This document shows, piece by piece, positions 19,106 through 28,922 of a stretch of DNA of 47,401 bases. The translations under genes were made by a program, and so were the position numbers. Each line of letters opens with the position of its first letter. Position 1 is the first letter of the stretch. The notes below the pieces were generated by a model. It was not told the origin of the DNA and did not search any database. It was given only the letters and a program-made list of their open reading frames with translations. Source of the stretch: Opitutia bacterium (GTDB lineage: Bacteria > Verrucomicrobiota > Verrucomicrobiia > Opitutales > T3Sed10-336); NCBI GenBank assembly GCA_050506795.1, contig JBJHCF010000012.1, positions 1 through 47,401 on the forward strand. The letters are read 5' to 3'.

Positions 19106-20572
19106 GTGGAAGGACGGGTGGCGGCTTTGGGCCAATGGGGAAATACAGTGGCGATTCCTGTGGTGAAACGTGGTGACAGCTGGCGGTTCGGTTGGCCGTG
19201 GTGTCCGTTCGTGATTCTGGCGCTCGGGTCGGCGCTGGTTCCGGGGTTTGGGTTCGGCTTTCTGATGGGGATGGGAACTCTGTCCGGGGAACCTGCGGGA
19301 GGTTGGTACCGCGCCACGGCCCAGGCACATGGACATGCCATGCTGACGGGGTGGGGCGGGGCGATGATTCTCGGTGTCGCGCTGCACTTTTTGCCGCGTC
19401 TGCGTGGCACGCGGCTGGCGTTTTCCGTCTGCGTGCCGCATCTGTTCTGGTGGTTCGTGTCTGGATTGACGTTGCGGACACTCGGACAGCCGCTGCTCGC
19501 CCTGACGGAGGCCGGGACGTCCGGGGCGCCGGCATGGGGTGCGCTTTGGCAGGTTGCGGTGGGGACCGGTATTTTATTTCAATTCCTGGCGGTCGCCGGA
19601 TTGCTCGTGGTGCTTGGGAAAACCCTTGCGTCCGGGCCTGCCTTGGACCACAGGAAGGGATTTAGGCAGATCGCTCCATTCCTGGCGATCGCAGCCACCG
19701 CGGTGCTGGCCGCGAATCTGATTTTGGTTTCCGCCGTCATTGACGCCATGGTCGCCGGACGATCCCTTGCGGTTCTCCCGCACCGGTTTCAGGACGGTGC
19801 CACGACTCTGCTGCTCTTTGGTTTCGTGACGTCCGTTTCGTTGGCCATGTCGGCGCGCCTGTTTCCTTTGCACTTCCGCGTGCGGTTTGCCCGTCCCTGG
19901 GTGCTCGTGGCCTCTTGGCTGACGATGGCTAGCGGGGTGGTCGTGAAGGTTCTCTCTGTCGGATTCGCGCCGAAGCTACTTGATCATTGGTTGGCCTTGG
20001 CGGGCTTACTATTCGCTCTTGGAATGGCCTTTGGGGCCGCGGCGGTGCGGATGTTTGAACCTCGCAGACCGTATCCGGGCGGCAAGCCCTACCGGGTGAG
20101 GTCGGATCCGGCGGGAATTGGCGCGATCACCGCCTACGGTTGGCTGTGCGTCGGCGCCATACTCCTGGCCGGGGCGGCGCTCCACGAACTCACCGGCGGT
20201 TTGGCGCCATTTTCGGGAGCCCGGGACGCGGCCCGACATGCCGTCGGGTCCGGCTTCATGACCCTCCTGATTGCCGGAGTGGGGTGGACCATGTTACCCG
20301 GATTTGCCGGCGGCGAGCCTCGGAGGCGCGGGTTAATCTGGGCGGCGGTCGTGTCGCTGAACGCGGCCACTCTGCTGCGCGTCGTGCCCTGGGTCGCGGC
20401 GGCATGCGGCGCGAGCCTGTCCGGCGGCTTGACGGGAACGGTCTATGCACTTGCCGGTGGTCTGGGGCTGGCCGGGATCGGCGCTTTTGGCGTCGCTTTA
20501 TTATTTAGTTTCCGTCCGCCTGCGGGTCGCGGGAAGAGTTTTTTACCGATGACCGATACCACCAACCGATAA
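19106..20572 (+). CDS. nnrS: NnrS-family membrane protein
   Basis: Multi-TM, 'AQAHGHAMLTGW...G..LHFLPR', 'RHAVGSGF' His motifs; NO-stress context. Confidence 0.7.
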   Translation: MEGRVAALGQWGNTVAIPVVKRGDSWRFGWPWCPFVILALGSALVPGFGFGFLMGMGTLSGEPAGGWYRATAQAHGHAMLTGWGGAMILGVALHFLPRLRGTRLAFSVCVPHLFWWFVSGLTLRTLGQPLLALTEAGTSGAPAWGALWQVAVGTGILFQFLAVAGLLVVLGKTLASGPALDHRKGFRQIAPFLAIAATAVLAANLILVSAVIDAMVAGRSLAVLPHRFQDGATTLLLFGFVTSVSLAMSARLFPLHFRVRFARPWVLVASWLTMASGVVVKVLSVGFAPKLLDHWLALAGLLFALGMAFGAAAVRMFEPRRPYPGGKPYRVRSDPAGIGAITAYGWLCVGAILLAGAALHELTGGLAPFSGARDAARHAVGSGFMTLLIAGVGWTMLPGFAGGEPRRRGLIWAAVVSLNAATLLRVVPWVAAACGASLSGGLTGTVYALAGGLGLAGIGAFGVALLFSFRPPAGRGKSFLPMTDTTNR

Positions 20573-20593
20573 CCAGGCTACGGCCGTCCATCC

Positions 20594-20845
20594 ATGAACA
20601 CAGAACCACTCTCGCTCGATCTTCGCGAACTGCCCGGACCGGTCCGGCATCAACTGGTCTTTAAGGCTTGGGAATATCTCCCGTCCGGCGGATGCTTCAC
20701 CATCCGAAACGACCACGATCCCGTACCGCTGCGCCGCCAGTTGGAACAGATATCCGGCGGAGCACTGCTGTGGGAATACCTTGAAAAAGCACCGGGCGCT
20801 TTTCAGGTGCGGATTACTAAAAAAGCGGTGGAAACTTCGGACTAA
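20594..20845 (+). CDS. DUF2249-domain protein
   Basis: LDLREL..RH..F...NDHDPVPL...WEYLE..P..FQVRI. Confidence 0.88.
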   Translation: MNTEPLSLDLRELPGPVRHQLVFKAWEYLPSGGCFTIRNDHDPVPLRRQLEQISGGALLWEYLEKAPGAFQVRITKKAVETSD

Positions 20846-20943
20846 AAAAAATACCCGCAACCCCATGCCGAACGCGTTGGTTGACGCGATCGGAGAGGGA
20901 GATGAGGGTCCGGATAACCGGAGAAAACCTTCTGAATCGTCCC

Positions 20944-21963
20944 TTATGAACCTGGCAGATTCACCACGAAGAGTTCCGGGCCACCGCCTTTGATACTGTC
21001 GTAAAGCACCAGGATTTCGGAGGTGCCTTCCAGGGTGTCGGAAAGTACCAGGAGGCTTTCTTCTTTTCCTTTTCCCACTCGCGGAAAGAGACCGACCGGC
21101 ATGATGGTATCGTTTTGGGGCACCCAATAAAACAGCGAGGAAGGACGTCCTTCGATATAGTCTCGTGTTGCTGGATAGAGGTTGCTGGATTCTGAACCGG
21201 CGTTTCCCGCAATTAAGAGAAATCCGTCGCGAAACGCGGTCATCGCGCGAATGCCCAGGCCCGCCCCAAGATGGACCCGCAATAGCTCGTAGTCGGGTTT
21301 CTCTCCGGAAAAAAGCCTTTCTGCCGAGAGTCTCACCACAAAGGCGTCTCCGCTTATATTCGGACTGCGCAACCCCACGTACAAGGCGCCATTGCGGGCG
21401 GACAGGCCCTCGATATTCAAGCCTCGCTGTTGAAGGGGCTTGCGGAAATGCGGTCCGAGGACGGGATCATCGGAGAAAATGCGGGTCAATGTGGCGGATT
21501 GTACGTTCCCGCGGTCCAACCCGGGATCTTCTCCCGGAAAACGATATATCCCGTAGCGCGAAGCCTCATAGGTTCCTTTGTTCTTGGCGATGCCGTGGGA
21601 TCCCGTCACATAGAACCACCCGTCCAGCCAGGTGGAGGCCTCAATGTCGATCTCCAGGTTTGCCGGTTCGGCCAGGGGAAGATCACCCAGCACTCGGGCG
21701 CTGGATCGATCGGATGCGAACCGGATCAACTGCACCACCGCTCCTTCATCGGCCGCCACCACTCCCCAATCCCCGTCGCCTCGGGAAATTGTGCTGATAT
21801 CCATCCCTTCCGGGAACACCCCCGTCAAGAAGAAACCGGAACTGGCTCGCTCCAGGACAGGCAAGCTCCCCGAGTGAGTTTCTGATTCGACCGACTCCGC
21901 GCATCCGGAGAAAACCACCGCCGCGATAACCGGTATCCCTATCAAAACGCCAGCCAGTTTCAT
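20944..21963 (-). CDS. DUF3616-domain lipoprotein
   Basis: Lipobox FSGC; DIEA, YVTGSHG, GLNIEGL, VGLRSP, LGAGLGIR motifs. Confidence 0.75.
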   Translation of the reverse strand: MKLAGVLIGIPVIAAVVFSGCAESVESETHSGSLPVLERASSGFFLTGVFPEGMDISTISRGDGDWGVVAADEGAVVQLIRFASDRSSARVLGDLPLAEPANLEIDIEASTWLDGWFYVTGSHGIAKNKGTYEASRYGIYRFPGEDPGLDRGNVQSATLTRIFSDDPVLGPHFRKPLQQRGLNIEGLSARNGALYVGLRSPNISGDAFVVRLSAERLFSGEKPDYELLRVHLGAGLGIRAMTAFRDGFLLIAGNAGSESSNLYPATRDYIEGRPSSLFYWVPQNDTIMPVGLFPRVGKGKEESLLVLSDTLEGTSEILVLYDSIKGGGPELFVVNLPGS

Positions 21964-22218
21964 GGCCAAGAACGTAATCGCTGCTCCGGAAATAGCAACC
22001 TCGCCGTCGGAGGCGGGGAATGCTGATTCGTGGCGGTGCCGACGATTGGCGCGGCAACAATCATTCCCTTGTTCTTTCTCCTGATATCCGCAATGGTTCC
22101 GGGTCGGCCTGGCGTCTTCATTTACGAATCGTCTTGAGCGTGAGCTCAAATGAATAGAACATCAGATGAACAACAACGGAATACCTGCCGTTGTCTGGGC
22201 CGATCAGAAAAAAGTGTC

Positions 22219-23427
22219 ATGAAAGAGGCGGAGGATTGGGACGAAACGGAAGCGGAAGAGGATATTTTCCTCGTTCCGCCATCGGATCTGTTCAAGGCGT
22301 TTCTGGAACAGACTCCGGACCGGGTTTACATCAAGGATCATAAGAGCCGGTTCGTTAGGGTGAGTCGGACGATGCTCGACATTTTTGGGCTTGAATCACA
22401 GGAGGATGTGATCGGAAAGACCGATTTCGATTTTTTCACCCGGGAGCACGCCCAGCAGGCTTTCGACGACGAGCGTGAAATTCTGCGGACCGGGCGGCCC
22501 ATTATTTCCAAGGAGGAGAAGGAAACCTGGCGGGACGGGACCGAGACCTGGGCATCGAGCACCAAGGCCCCGCTCTTTCTGGCCTCGGGCCAAATTGCCG
22601 GATTGCTGGGGATTTCGCGGGATATCACGGAACACCGCCACAACGAACAGCGGGTGCTGGAACAGAACGCGATCATGAGCCGTGACATGGAGAGCGCCCG
22701 CAACGTGCAATCAGTGATGATTCCGGGCGAGATTCCGGGACACCCAACGGTCGACACTGCTGTCTGGTTGCGACCCATGGCGGCGGTGGGTGGCGACTGC
22801 GTCACTTATCCGGCCGATCCGGAGGGGCGCATGCTCTTTTTTTTGGGGGATGTGGCAGGCCACGGAGTCAGCGCCGCACTGTTCACGGTGCTCCTTAAGT
22901 ACCTGGCGGACCGGCGGGGTGAATATTACAACGGCGATCCGCGCCATTTCCTCAACGAGGTGAACCGGGCCCTCGGGCGCCGGATTCCGGACGGTTTTGT
23001 CACCGGACTGGCCGGACACTTCGAAGAAACCGCTTCCGGCGTCGATCTGGTGGTGGCCAACGCCGGTCACCCCGGCCTGTTGGTGTTGCGGCGGAACGAA
23101 GGGTTGGTGGAGCGTGTCCAGCTGAGCCCGGGTGCGGTGCTGGGCTTGGGGTTGGAGGCGGCCTCGGCGGCGGACCGGATCCCGTTGCTTGCGGGGGATC
23201 GGGTTTACCTGTTCACGGACGGTTTGGTGGAAGCCTGCAATCGGGCCGGCGAGGAGTTCGGAATCGATCGGGTTCTCTCCAGCGCTGAATCCACCGGTGA
23301 GTATGAGCTCCATGCCGCCCTGCAATCTTTGGCGACGGCCGCGGCGCGTCACCGTCAGGGTCTGCCGCAGCAGGACGATGTGACGATTCTCGGTTTTGAA
23401 GTGACGGATTCGGGAAATCGATCCTGA
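22219..23427 (+). CDS. PAS-domain SpoIIE/PP2C (RsbU-like) phosphatase
   Basis: PAS (IGKTDFDFF...GISRDIT); VGGD, GDVAGHGV, NAGHP, FTDGL, DDVT. Confidence 0.9.
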   Translation: MKEAEDWDETEAEEDIFLVPPSDLFKAFLEQTPDRVYIKDHKSRFVRVSRTMLDIFGLESQEDVIGKTDFDFFTREHAQQAFDDEREILRTGRPIISKEEKETWRDGTETWASSTKAPLFLASGQIAGLLGISRDITEHRHNEQRVLEQNAIMSRDMESARNVQSVMIPGEIPGHPTVDTAVWLRPMAAVGGDCVTYPADPEGRMLFFLGDVAGHGVSAALFTVLLKYLADRRGEYYNGDPRHFLNEVNRALGRRIPDGFVTGLAGHFEETASGVDLVVANAGHPGLLVLRRNEGLVERVQLSPGAVLGLGLEAASAADRIPLLAGDRVYLFTDGLVEACNRAGEEFGIDRVLSSAESTGEYELHAALQSLATAAARHRQGLPQQDDVTILGFEVTDSGNRS

Positions 23428-23444
23428 TCCTCCCGCAGTTCGGG

Positions 23445-24179
23445 TCACGGAGCGGCATTCACCTCCGGCCAGGCGTCCCGGACAAGATGGGTCAGCAATG
23501 TGACCGTTTCGACGTCTTCAGCTTCAAATGCGGGGAGTGTCGCAATCATGTCGACCGTATACTGCTCGAGCAACCGGTATTCCTCCCCGATCATCCTTTG
23601 GTGCGATTCGAGTCGATCGAGCCCTCCGGCCGTGGTTTCCGTGGCATCGAGGGCGTCGCGTAATTCCTGCAACTCCGAGAAAATATCCCGGGCGTGGTCG
23701 ACGATTTCGCGAAGTTCCTCGTACTCCTCGAGTGCGGCCTCCCAGCGTTCCTGAAAGCGTTGGCGTGCCTCCGTCCGCTCCTCCCATCTCCTGCGTACTT
23801 GTTCGATGTCTTCGTTGGCGGCTGTGCGCGTATCCTGGATCCGGGCGTGACTCAGGCCCACCGTTCGCTCGGTTTCCCCGAAGCGGATTCTCAGGGTGCG
23901 GCGTTCCGGGTCGTAGGCGACGGCGGTGATGCCGTGACGAACCTCGCCGGGCTCGATCCAAAAGGTGCGGTTGTTTTCGGGATCGTGGAGACTGAACAGT
24001 TCTCCGAGGGGCAGCGCCACCACGGAGCGCAACTCGATTTGTTTCAAATATGTCGCTTCGGGCGATTGGCCCTCGGTTTCGAGTCCTGCCGACATCGCTT
24101 GTGAAAACGCGGTGAATGCGATGACGATCGCTGCCAGAGAAGCGGCGAAACGGAGGCCCGATGTCGTGATCTTCTCCAT
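23445..24179 (-). CDS. secreted hypothetical protein (FWIxPGExRHGI domain plus coiled coil)
   Basis: Signal peptide-like N-terminus; coding-like ORF. Confidence 0.65.
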   Translation of the reverse strand: MEKITTSGLRFAASLAAIVIAFTAFSQAMSAGLETEGQSPEATYLKQIELRSVVALPLGELFSLHDPENNRTFWIEPGEVRHGITAVAYDPERRTLRIRFGETERTVGLSHARIQDTRTAANEDIEQVRRRWEERTEARQRFQERWEAALEEYEELREIVDHARDIFSELQELRDALDATETTAGGLDRLESHQRMIGEEYRLLEQYTVDMIATLPAFEAEDVETVTLLTHLVRDAWPEVNAAP

Positions 24180-24474
24180 GGTCGAAATGATGCAGGGAAC
24201 GGCATTGCCGAATAGGAGTTCAAGGTACACTCAGCGCAGGGGAATGACAATTGTCCTGCACGGCTTTGAAGGGGAAAATCCGGAAATCGGCCGCACCCTC
24301 CCCATCAGGCCGTTCTGGATGGCTATCCTCGGGGGCTTTATAACCATGGAAGCGTACAAAACCTTCACGATGGCAAAAAACAGGATGTAGCCCGCCTCGC
24401 CGAACGGATCGAGTCGATACCGGGGATCGTTTCCCTTTGCCTCCTACCGATCAAGAGTTGTATTCCCCCGAGCA

Positions 24475-24559
24475 TAACGAGGCCCCGGTGTGATCGAAAT
24501 TCCCGGATAGGTCCCGCCATGACCGCTGAACTTGCAAATTAAGAGGGCTGCACGATTTC
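24475..24559. repeat. dispersed repeat A, copy 1 (partial)
   Basis: taacgaggccccggtgtgatcgaaattcccggat...gggctgcacgatttc matches 25665-25803 and 44436-44575. Confidence 0.85.
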
Positions 24560-25078
24560 TATCTTTCCTTCCAGACGTTCGAGGCGTTTAAGCTTCTCGC
24601 GCACGCGTTGCCGGTAGCGTCTCTGGCGCTCGGCGTTTTTGTGTCGGCGGTGCGTATCCGGAAGGCCCGGACGGCCGCGCCGCAGGGTCAGAACCGCGTC
24701 GGGCCGGGTGAAAACGTGCCGGCGACGGAATGCTCCCGGTGCGGTGATAAGCGCCTGGGGCCAAAGCGGCGGATAATCGTACCAGGCTCGGTCGGCGACC
24801 CGGCGCGGGTCGTTCGTCCATGACGGCGCGTCCATTCCGACTTGTTCGCAGAGCCACTCCACGTAGGCGGCGATATAGGCGTCGCATTGGCCATGGTCGT
24901 TCAAACGTCCGCGCAGAAGGGGAGGGGGGCCGGCGATCCGGCGTTGAAATTCGGGACGCGTATGCACTTTTCGCAACTCGTGTTGCCAGTCGCGCACGTT
25001 TCGCCCGAAGGTTTCCGCGTCGGTCACTTCTTCGCACACCTCGGCGGCGGTTTGCGGGCGTTTCCAATTCCGGTTCAT
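24539..25078 (-). CDS. putative antitoxin partner of nucleotidyltransferase, with basic C-terminal DNA-binding tail
   Basis: 'DAYIAAYVEWL...APSW...P.AFRRRHVF' family pattern; RRGRP...NAERQRRYRQR tail; ATGA coupling. Confidence 0.6.
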   Translation of the reverse strand: MNRNWKRPQTAAEVCEEVTDAETFGRNVRDWQHELRKVHTRPEFQRRIAGPPPLLRGRLNDHGQCDAYIAAYVEWLCEQVGMDAPSWTNDPRRVADRAWYDYPPLWPQALITAPGAFRRRHVFTRPDAVLTLRRGRPGLPDTHRRHKNAERQRRYRQRVREKLKRLERLEGKIEIVQPS

Positions 25079-25611
25079 CTCTTGTCCTCCAACAGGGATT
25101 CCAGCAGTGCGCGATCTTCGGCGCGAATGACATCGTCGGGGTAAAACGCGTCGATGATTTCCTGAATCTCTTCGACGGACCGGATGCCGATCTTGCGAAT
25201 CAGGAAACGCAGGTCTTCGAGGTCGCCCTGGTACGCACCGATGGGTCGCCGGCAAGCGAGCGCCTTCATCGCCAACAGATAGCGTGCGGTCGGGGCGTGC
25301 ACGATAAGGCCGGTTTCCCGTTCTATTTCGCTCAATCGCCGTTTCGCCTCCTTCTTCGGCGAAATGAACTGTGTCACGTCGCTGTTGATCCAGTCCTCCG
25401 GCAGATCCAAGTCACGCGCGACTCGAGCGGCCAGCCCCTCGCCTTCCTCCCTGGGAACCAGAATGGCATCGATGTCCTTGGTCGCGGAGCGACTGTTGAA
25501 GGCCAGCAGCATGGCCGATCCGCCGTAAAGTGAGATTTCCAGCCGAACTCCCGCCTCCCGGGCTTCCCGCCCAAGTCGCCTCAATGCTTCAAGAATCGTG
25601 GACTTGTTCAT
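25075..25611 (-). CDS. DUF6036/AbiEii-like nucleotidyltransferase (putative type IV TA toxin)
   Basis: YGGSAM...RSATKDIDA, WINSDV, LLAMK..R...D..DL motifs. Confidence 0.75.
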   Translation of the reverse strand: MNKSTILEALRRLGREAREAGVRLEISLYGGSAMLLAFNSRSATKDIDAILVPREEGEGLAARVARDLDLPEDWINSDVTQFISPKKEAKRRLSEIERETGLIVHAPTARYLLAMKALACRRPIGAYQGDLEDLRFLIRKIGIRSVEEIQEIIDAFYPDDVIRAEDRALLESLLEDKR

Positions 25612-25645
25612 AGATTAACCGTAACGTAACGGTTAAATCTGTCAA
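25612..25645 (-). promoter_or_regulatory. leaderless sigma70 promoter with overlapping palindromic operator
   Basis: TTGACA-16nt-TACGGT-6nt-ATG; IR TTAACCGT(25615-22)/ACGGTTAA(25629-36). Confidence 0.65.
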
Positions 25646-25664
25646 ATCGACCCCCTGCGAGGAT

Positions 25665-25803
25665 AATCTTGTCCGGCCGACTTTAACGAGGCCCCGGTGT
25701 GATCGAAATTCCCGGATCGGTCCCGATATGACCGTTGAGGTTGGGGGTTGAAAGGGCTGTACGATTTCGATCACTCCGCTCACCCGGTTTGCCAAACCGA
25801 AAG
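25665..25803. repeat. dispersed repeat A, copy 2
   Basis: Contains internal IR GTGATCGAAAT(25699-709)/ATTTCGATCAC(25764-774). Confidence 0.85.
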
Positions 25804-25861
25804 ATGGAAAGCGTTGCGTTCCAGGTTGACCTGAGGGTAATATATGTGTATTGATCTGTGT

Positions 25862-26104
25862 ATGGGAACAAAAACACTTTCGGTAGACGAAGAGGCTTAC
25901 GAACGTTTGCGACGGGCGCGTTTGAATCCCAAGGAATCCTTCTCCAAGGTGATCAAGCGCGCGAAGTGGGACACGGGAAAGCCGAGGTGCGGGGACATAC
26001 TGCGACGCTCCGAGGGGTTGCCGTCAATGGATGAGAAGGCGCTTGATCGTCTCGATCAGGCGCAGAAAGAGGACCGCGCGCCGGAGGCGAAATGGAAGCG
26101 TTGA
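25862..26104 (+). CDS. vapB: VapB-type antitoxin (DUF217-like)
   Basis: MGTKTLSVDEEAYERL...ESFSKVIKR; overlaps PIN gene. Confidence 0.8.
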   Translation: MGTKTLSVDEEAYERLRRARLNPKESFSKVIKRAKWDTGKPRCGDILRRSEGLPSMDEKALDRLDQAQKEDRAPEAKWKR

Positions 26105-26484
26105 TTTTCGATACCACCTTCCTGATCGACTTTCAACGTGAACGGCGCCGAGGCAAGGGACGTGCTCACCGCTTTCTGGAGAATCGAAAAGATCATTATG
26201 CGCGGATCTCCGCGGTCACTTTGGGGGAATTCGCGGAGGGTTTTGATAACCCTGAAGACCCGATCCTGCTCTCGGTGGCGGATAGCTACGAAATCCTTCC
26301 GGTCGATGTCGTGGTGGCGAAAACCTACGCCCGCATTACCCGCGCCCTTCGGTCCGACGGCAACCTGATAGGTGCGAACGATCTCTGGATCGGCGCCACG
26401 GCGCTGCACCACGAGAATCCCGTCGTAACCCGTAACGCGGACCACTTTACCCGGATTCCCGGATTACTGATCCAGGGCTACTAA
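26092..26484 (+). CDS. vapC: VapC PIN-domain toxin
   Basis: FDTTFLID, ISAVTLGE, NDLWIGATA, VTRNADHF. Confidence 0.9.
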   Translation: MEALIFDTTFLIDFQRERRRGKGRAHRFLENRKDHYARISAVTLGEFAEGFDNPEDPILLSVADSYEILPVDVVVAKTYARITRALRSDGNLIGANDLWIGATALHHENPVVTRNADHFTRIPGLLIQGY

Positions 26485-26491
26485 AGACGCT

Positions 26492-26980
26492 ATGTTGAAC
26501 TTTGCCTATGGCTCAAACATGCCGGTCCGCCGGATCCAGGCCCGCGTTCCGGGTGCGCGATTAATCGGGACGGCTCGTCTCGCCGGCTACCGACTGACCT
26601 GGCATAAGAGAAGCCAGGACGGGTCAGGCAAGTGCAACATCGTGCCTGCCGAGGGTTCCGTGGTCCATGGTGTTCTTTATGACATTCCGGAATCGGAGAA
26701 GTCAGTCCTGGATAAGGCTGAGGGCCTTGGACATGGCTATGAGAAGCAAACCGTCAAAGTAGAAACCTCCAGCGGATCACGAGATGCCCTTGCGTACGTC
26801 GCCACGGACATAGTCGAGGGCCTTCGACCGTACACCTGGTACAAGGCTCTCGTTGTGGCCGGCGCCAGAGAGCATAATCTCCCCCCAGGCTATATTGCCG
26901 CCCTGGAGGCGTGCGAAGCTACCGAGGATCCGGACCGGAGCCGGCACCGGAAGAACATGGCCATATTTGTCTCCAAGTAA
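26492..26980 (+). CDS. gamma-glutamylcyclotransferase (AIG2-like), copy 1
   Basis: FAYGSNM, VHGVLY, LDKAEG motifs. Confidence 0.88.
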   Translation: MLNFAYGSNMPVRRIQARVPGARLIGTARLAGYRLTWHKRSQDGSGKCNIVPAEGSVVHGVLYDIPESEKSVLDKAEGLGHGYEKQTVKVETSSGSRDALAYVATDIVEGLRPYTWYKALVVAGAREHNLPPGYIAALEACEATEDPDRSRHRKNMAIFVSK

Positions 26981-27419
26981 CGACTCGTTCCGGCCAATTC
27001 ACCATTGCGGCCGGCATGATCACTTTCATGGTCATAGGCGCCGGGAAGGCACCTTCAACCAACTTGGGAAGGAATTCGTTGAGTACTCCGCCTGTGTTGG
27101 AAAAGAGAACGGCGACGGAGCGCTCGTCGGCCTGTGGGGAATTCATAACGGTCACGTTTTATTGGCTCAAGGCGGGTTGGCCTGAGGCGGGATCATGGCG
27201 GTTGCTCAGGAGGTGTCAAACCCAGCAGTTTGGAAAATCAGGGGCCTCGATTGTCAGTGGCGTTCTGAAAATGCAGCTGGGGTGGCGGAGAGGGAATCTG
27301 GGTCGGGCGGTGGGCGACCTATTTCCTCCGGCTCCTTTTCGATTCGGCCACTTTGAGGTCATGGGCGAGGGGCAGGGGGTAGGTGCGGGCCTCCGCGAAG
27401 AACTCGGTGATCGGCAGTC

Positions 27420-28620
27420 ACAGGGCGCCGCCCGCTACGGCAAGGTCCTGCGGGAACCCTTTGGGCGGATCACCGGCGGTTACCCGCATTCCCTGTACCT
27501 GGAAATCCAGTCCCGGGGACGCCGCGGCAAACCGAAACTGGTCTGCATTCTGCCGAAAGGATTTGAGGAGAACCACACGGTGCGTATCGAAAATATGGAT
27601 CTCAAGCTTCTTGTCGGGCAACCCGTGCGTTTCCAGCCCTATTACTCGACCCTTCGCGGTGAGGACGAGGCCGGCGCTCTGGTGGACTTGGACGAGGAGA
27701 CCTTTCATCCTTTGCCAGCGCTCCAGACCGGCATTAGCTTGGAAAAGGGACTGAAAAAACCCGCCGACGGGCGGTTGCCAGTCATGTTGGAAACCACCCT
27801 GAACGAACTCGGCATCCTGCGGATTGCCTGCGTTCACCGCGACCCCCAGCGGAACGAGTTTCGCTGGGACCTCGACTTCAACCTGCGGCGTCCGGCGGAG
27901 AGGGAGGGAACCGACGACGAGCAGGGGCAACCGGCAGAGGAGCCGTACCAGGAAAGCGTTAGGAAGGCGGAGATCGAGGTATCGCGGATCTATGGGAAAA
28001 AGAATCGGACGGACCCTGAAGCCAAACCCAGGAAGCTCGTCCGCCAACTGGAAACCATTATTGGGCAAAAAAGAGAAGCGCGTGGTAAATCAATGGTGGA
28101 TCCTGTGGCGCCGCGTGGCCGGCGGGCTGGACCGGTCGCGCCAGTAAGAGATCGTGCGGGACATACTCCCGGCGTTTCGTAACAAGAGCGTGAATACGGC
28201 GGAGGTTTTCCGGTTGGCCGGTTCACTGGAGCGGGTGGCGCAGGAAACGAAAGAAGAGCTCGTTGACCGAAACCTACGGTTTATTCTGGAAAAGCGAGTG
28301 CCCCCCGCCGACCCGATATGGGCTCTCGGACGGCTTTTGAGCCGGGTTCCGCTGCACGCGGGTCCGGACGCCGTCCTTCCGCCGGTCGTGGTGGAACGCG
28401 CTTTCGCGCAATTGAAAGATCTCGATTGGGCCGCGGGTTCCATGGCCGGTCTCAACGAAGCGTTTGCCCGCGCCGGACGCATCGTCGGGGTGCGTGAGAA
28501 CGACATCTCCGAAACCCTCCGCGAGGCAGTGATCGAGAAGACCCAGGAGTCGATACGGGGCCGGGTCGCACTGGACCCCGGCCAAAAGGCCGTTTCATCA
28601 AGTTCGATGCGCACCCATCC
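27420..28620 (+). pseudogene. Hsp70/DnaK-related protein C-terminal fragment (DUF3731-like), disrupted
   Basis: 'RITGGYPHSLYL...LVCILPKG...VGQPVRF' then 'WWILWRRVAGGL' in another frame followed by TAA; ATPase domain absent. Confidence 0.6.
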
Positions 28621-28922
28621 GTAGTGGGTGCCGCTCTCGGCATCAGTTCATTCGCCGTAGGCGATCGTTCAGTCAGGAATTCTGTGTCCGATTGGGTATT
28701 GCAAGAATGGCCTTGAACTGATACTTTGCACTCAACTTATAGCTTTTGGCCATGAAAGAGCGACCGGAGTAAAAGGGCTCGCTTTATGCCTTGGTGAATT
28801 CCGGGAGACGGCTATCCATCCCGAATGTCTTCCGTTGATCCATGAATGCGTGTCCGACCCGGTGGGGACGGATCTCTTTTGGCATTTCCGGGCTTTCGAC
28901 AACCATCAACACCATAGAGGCC

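Noticed and set aside
24475..25803. Repeat A as an integron attC site
   Set aside because: No convincing RYYYAAC/GTTRRRY ends with full-length foldback and no intI in the window; left unassigned.
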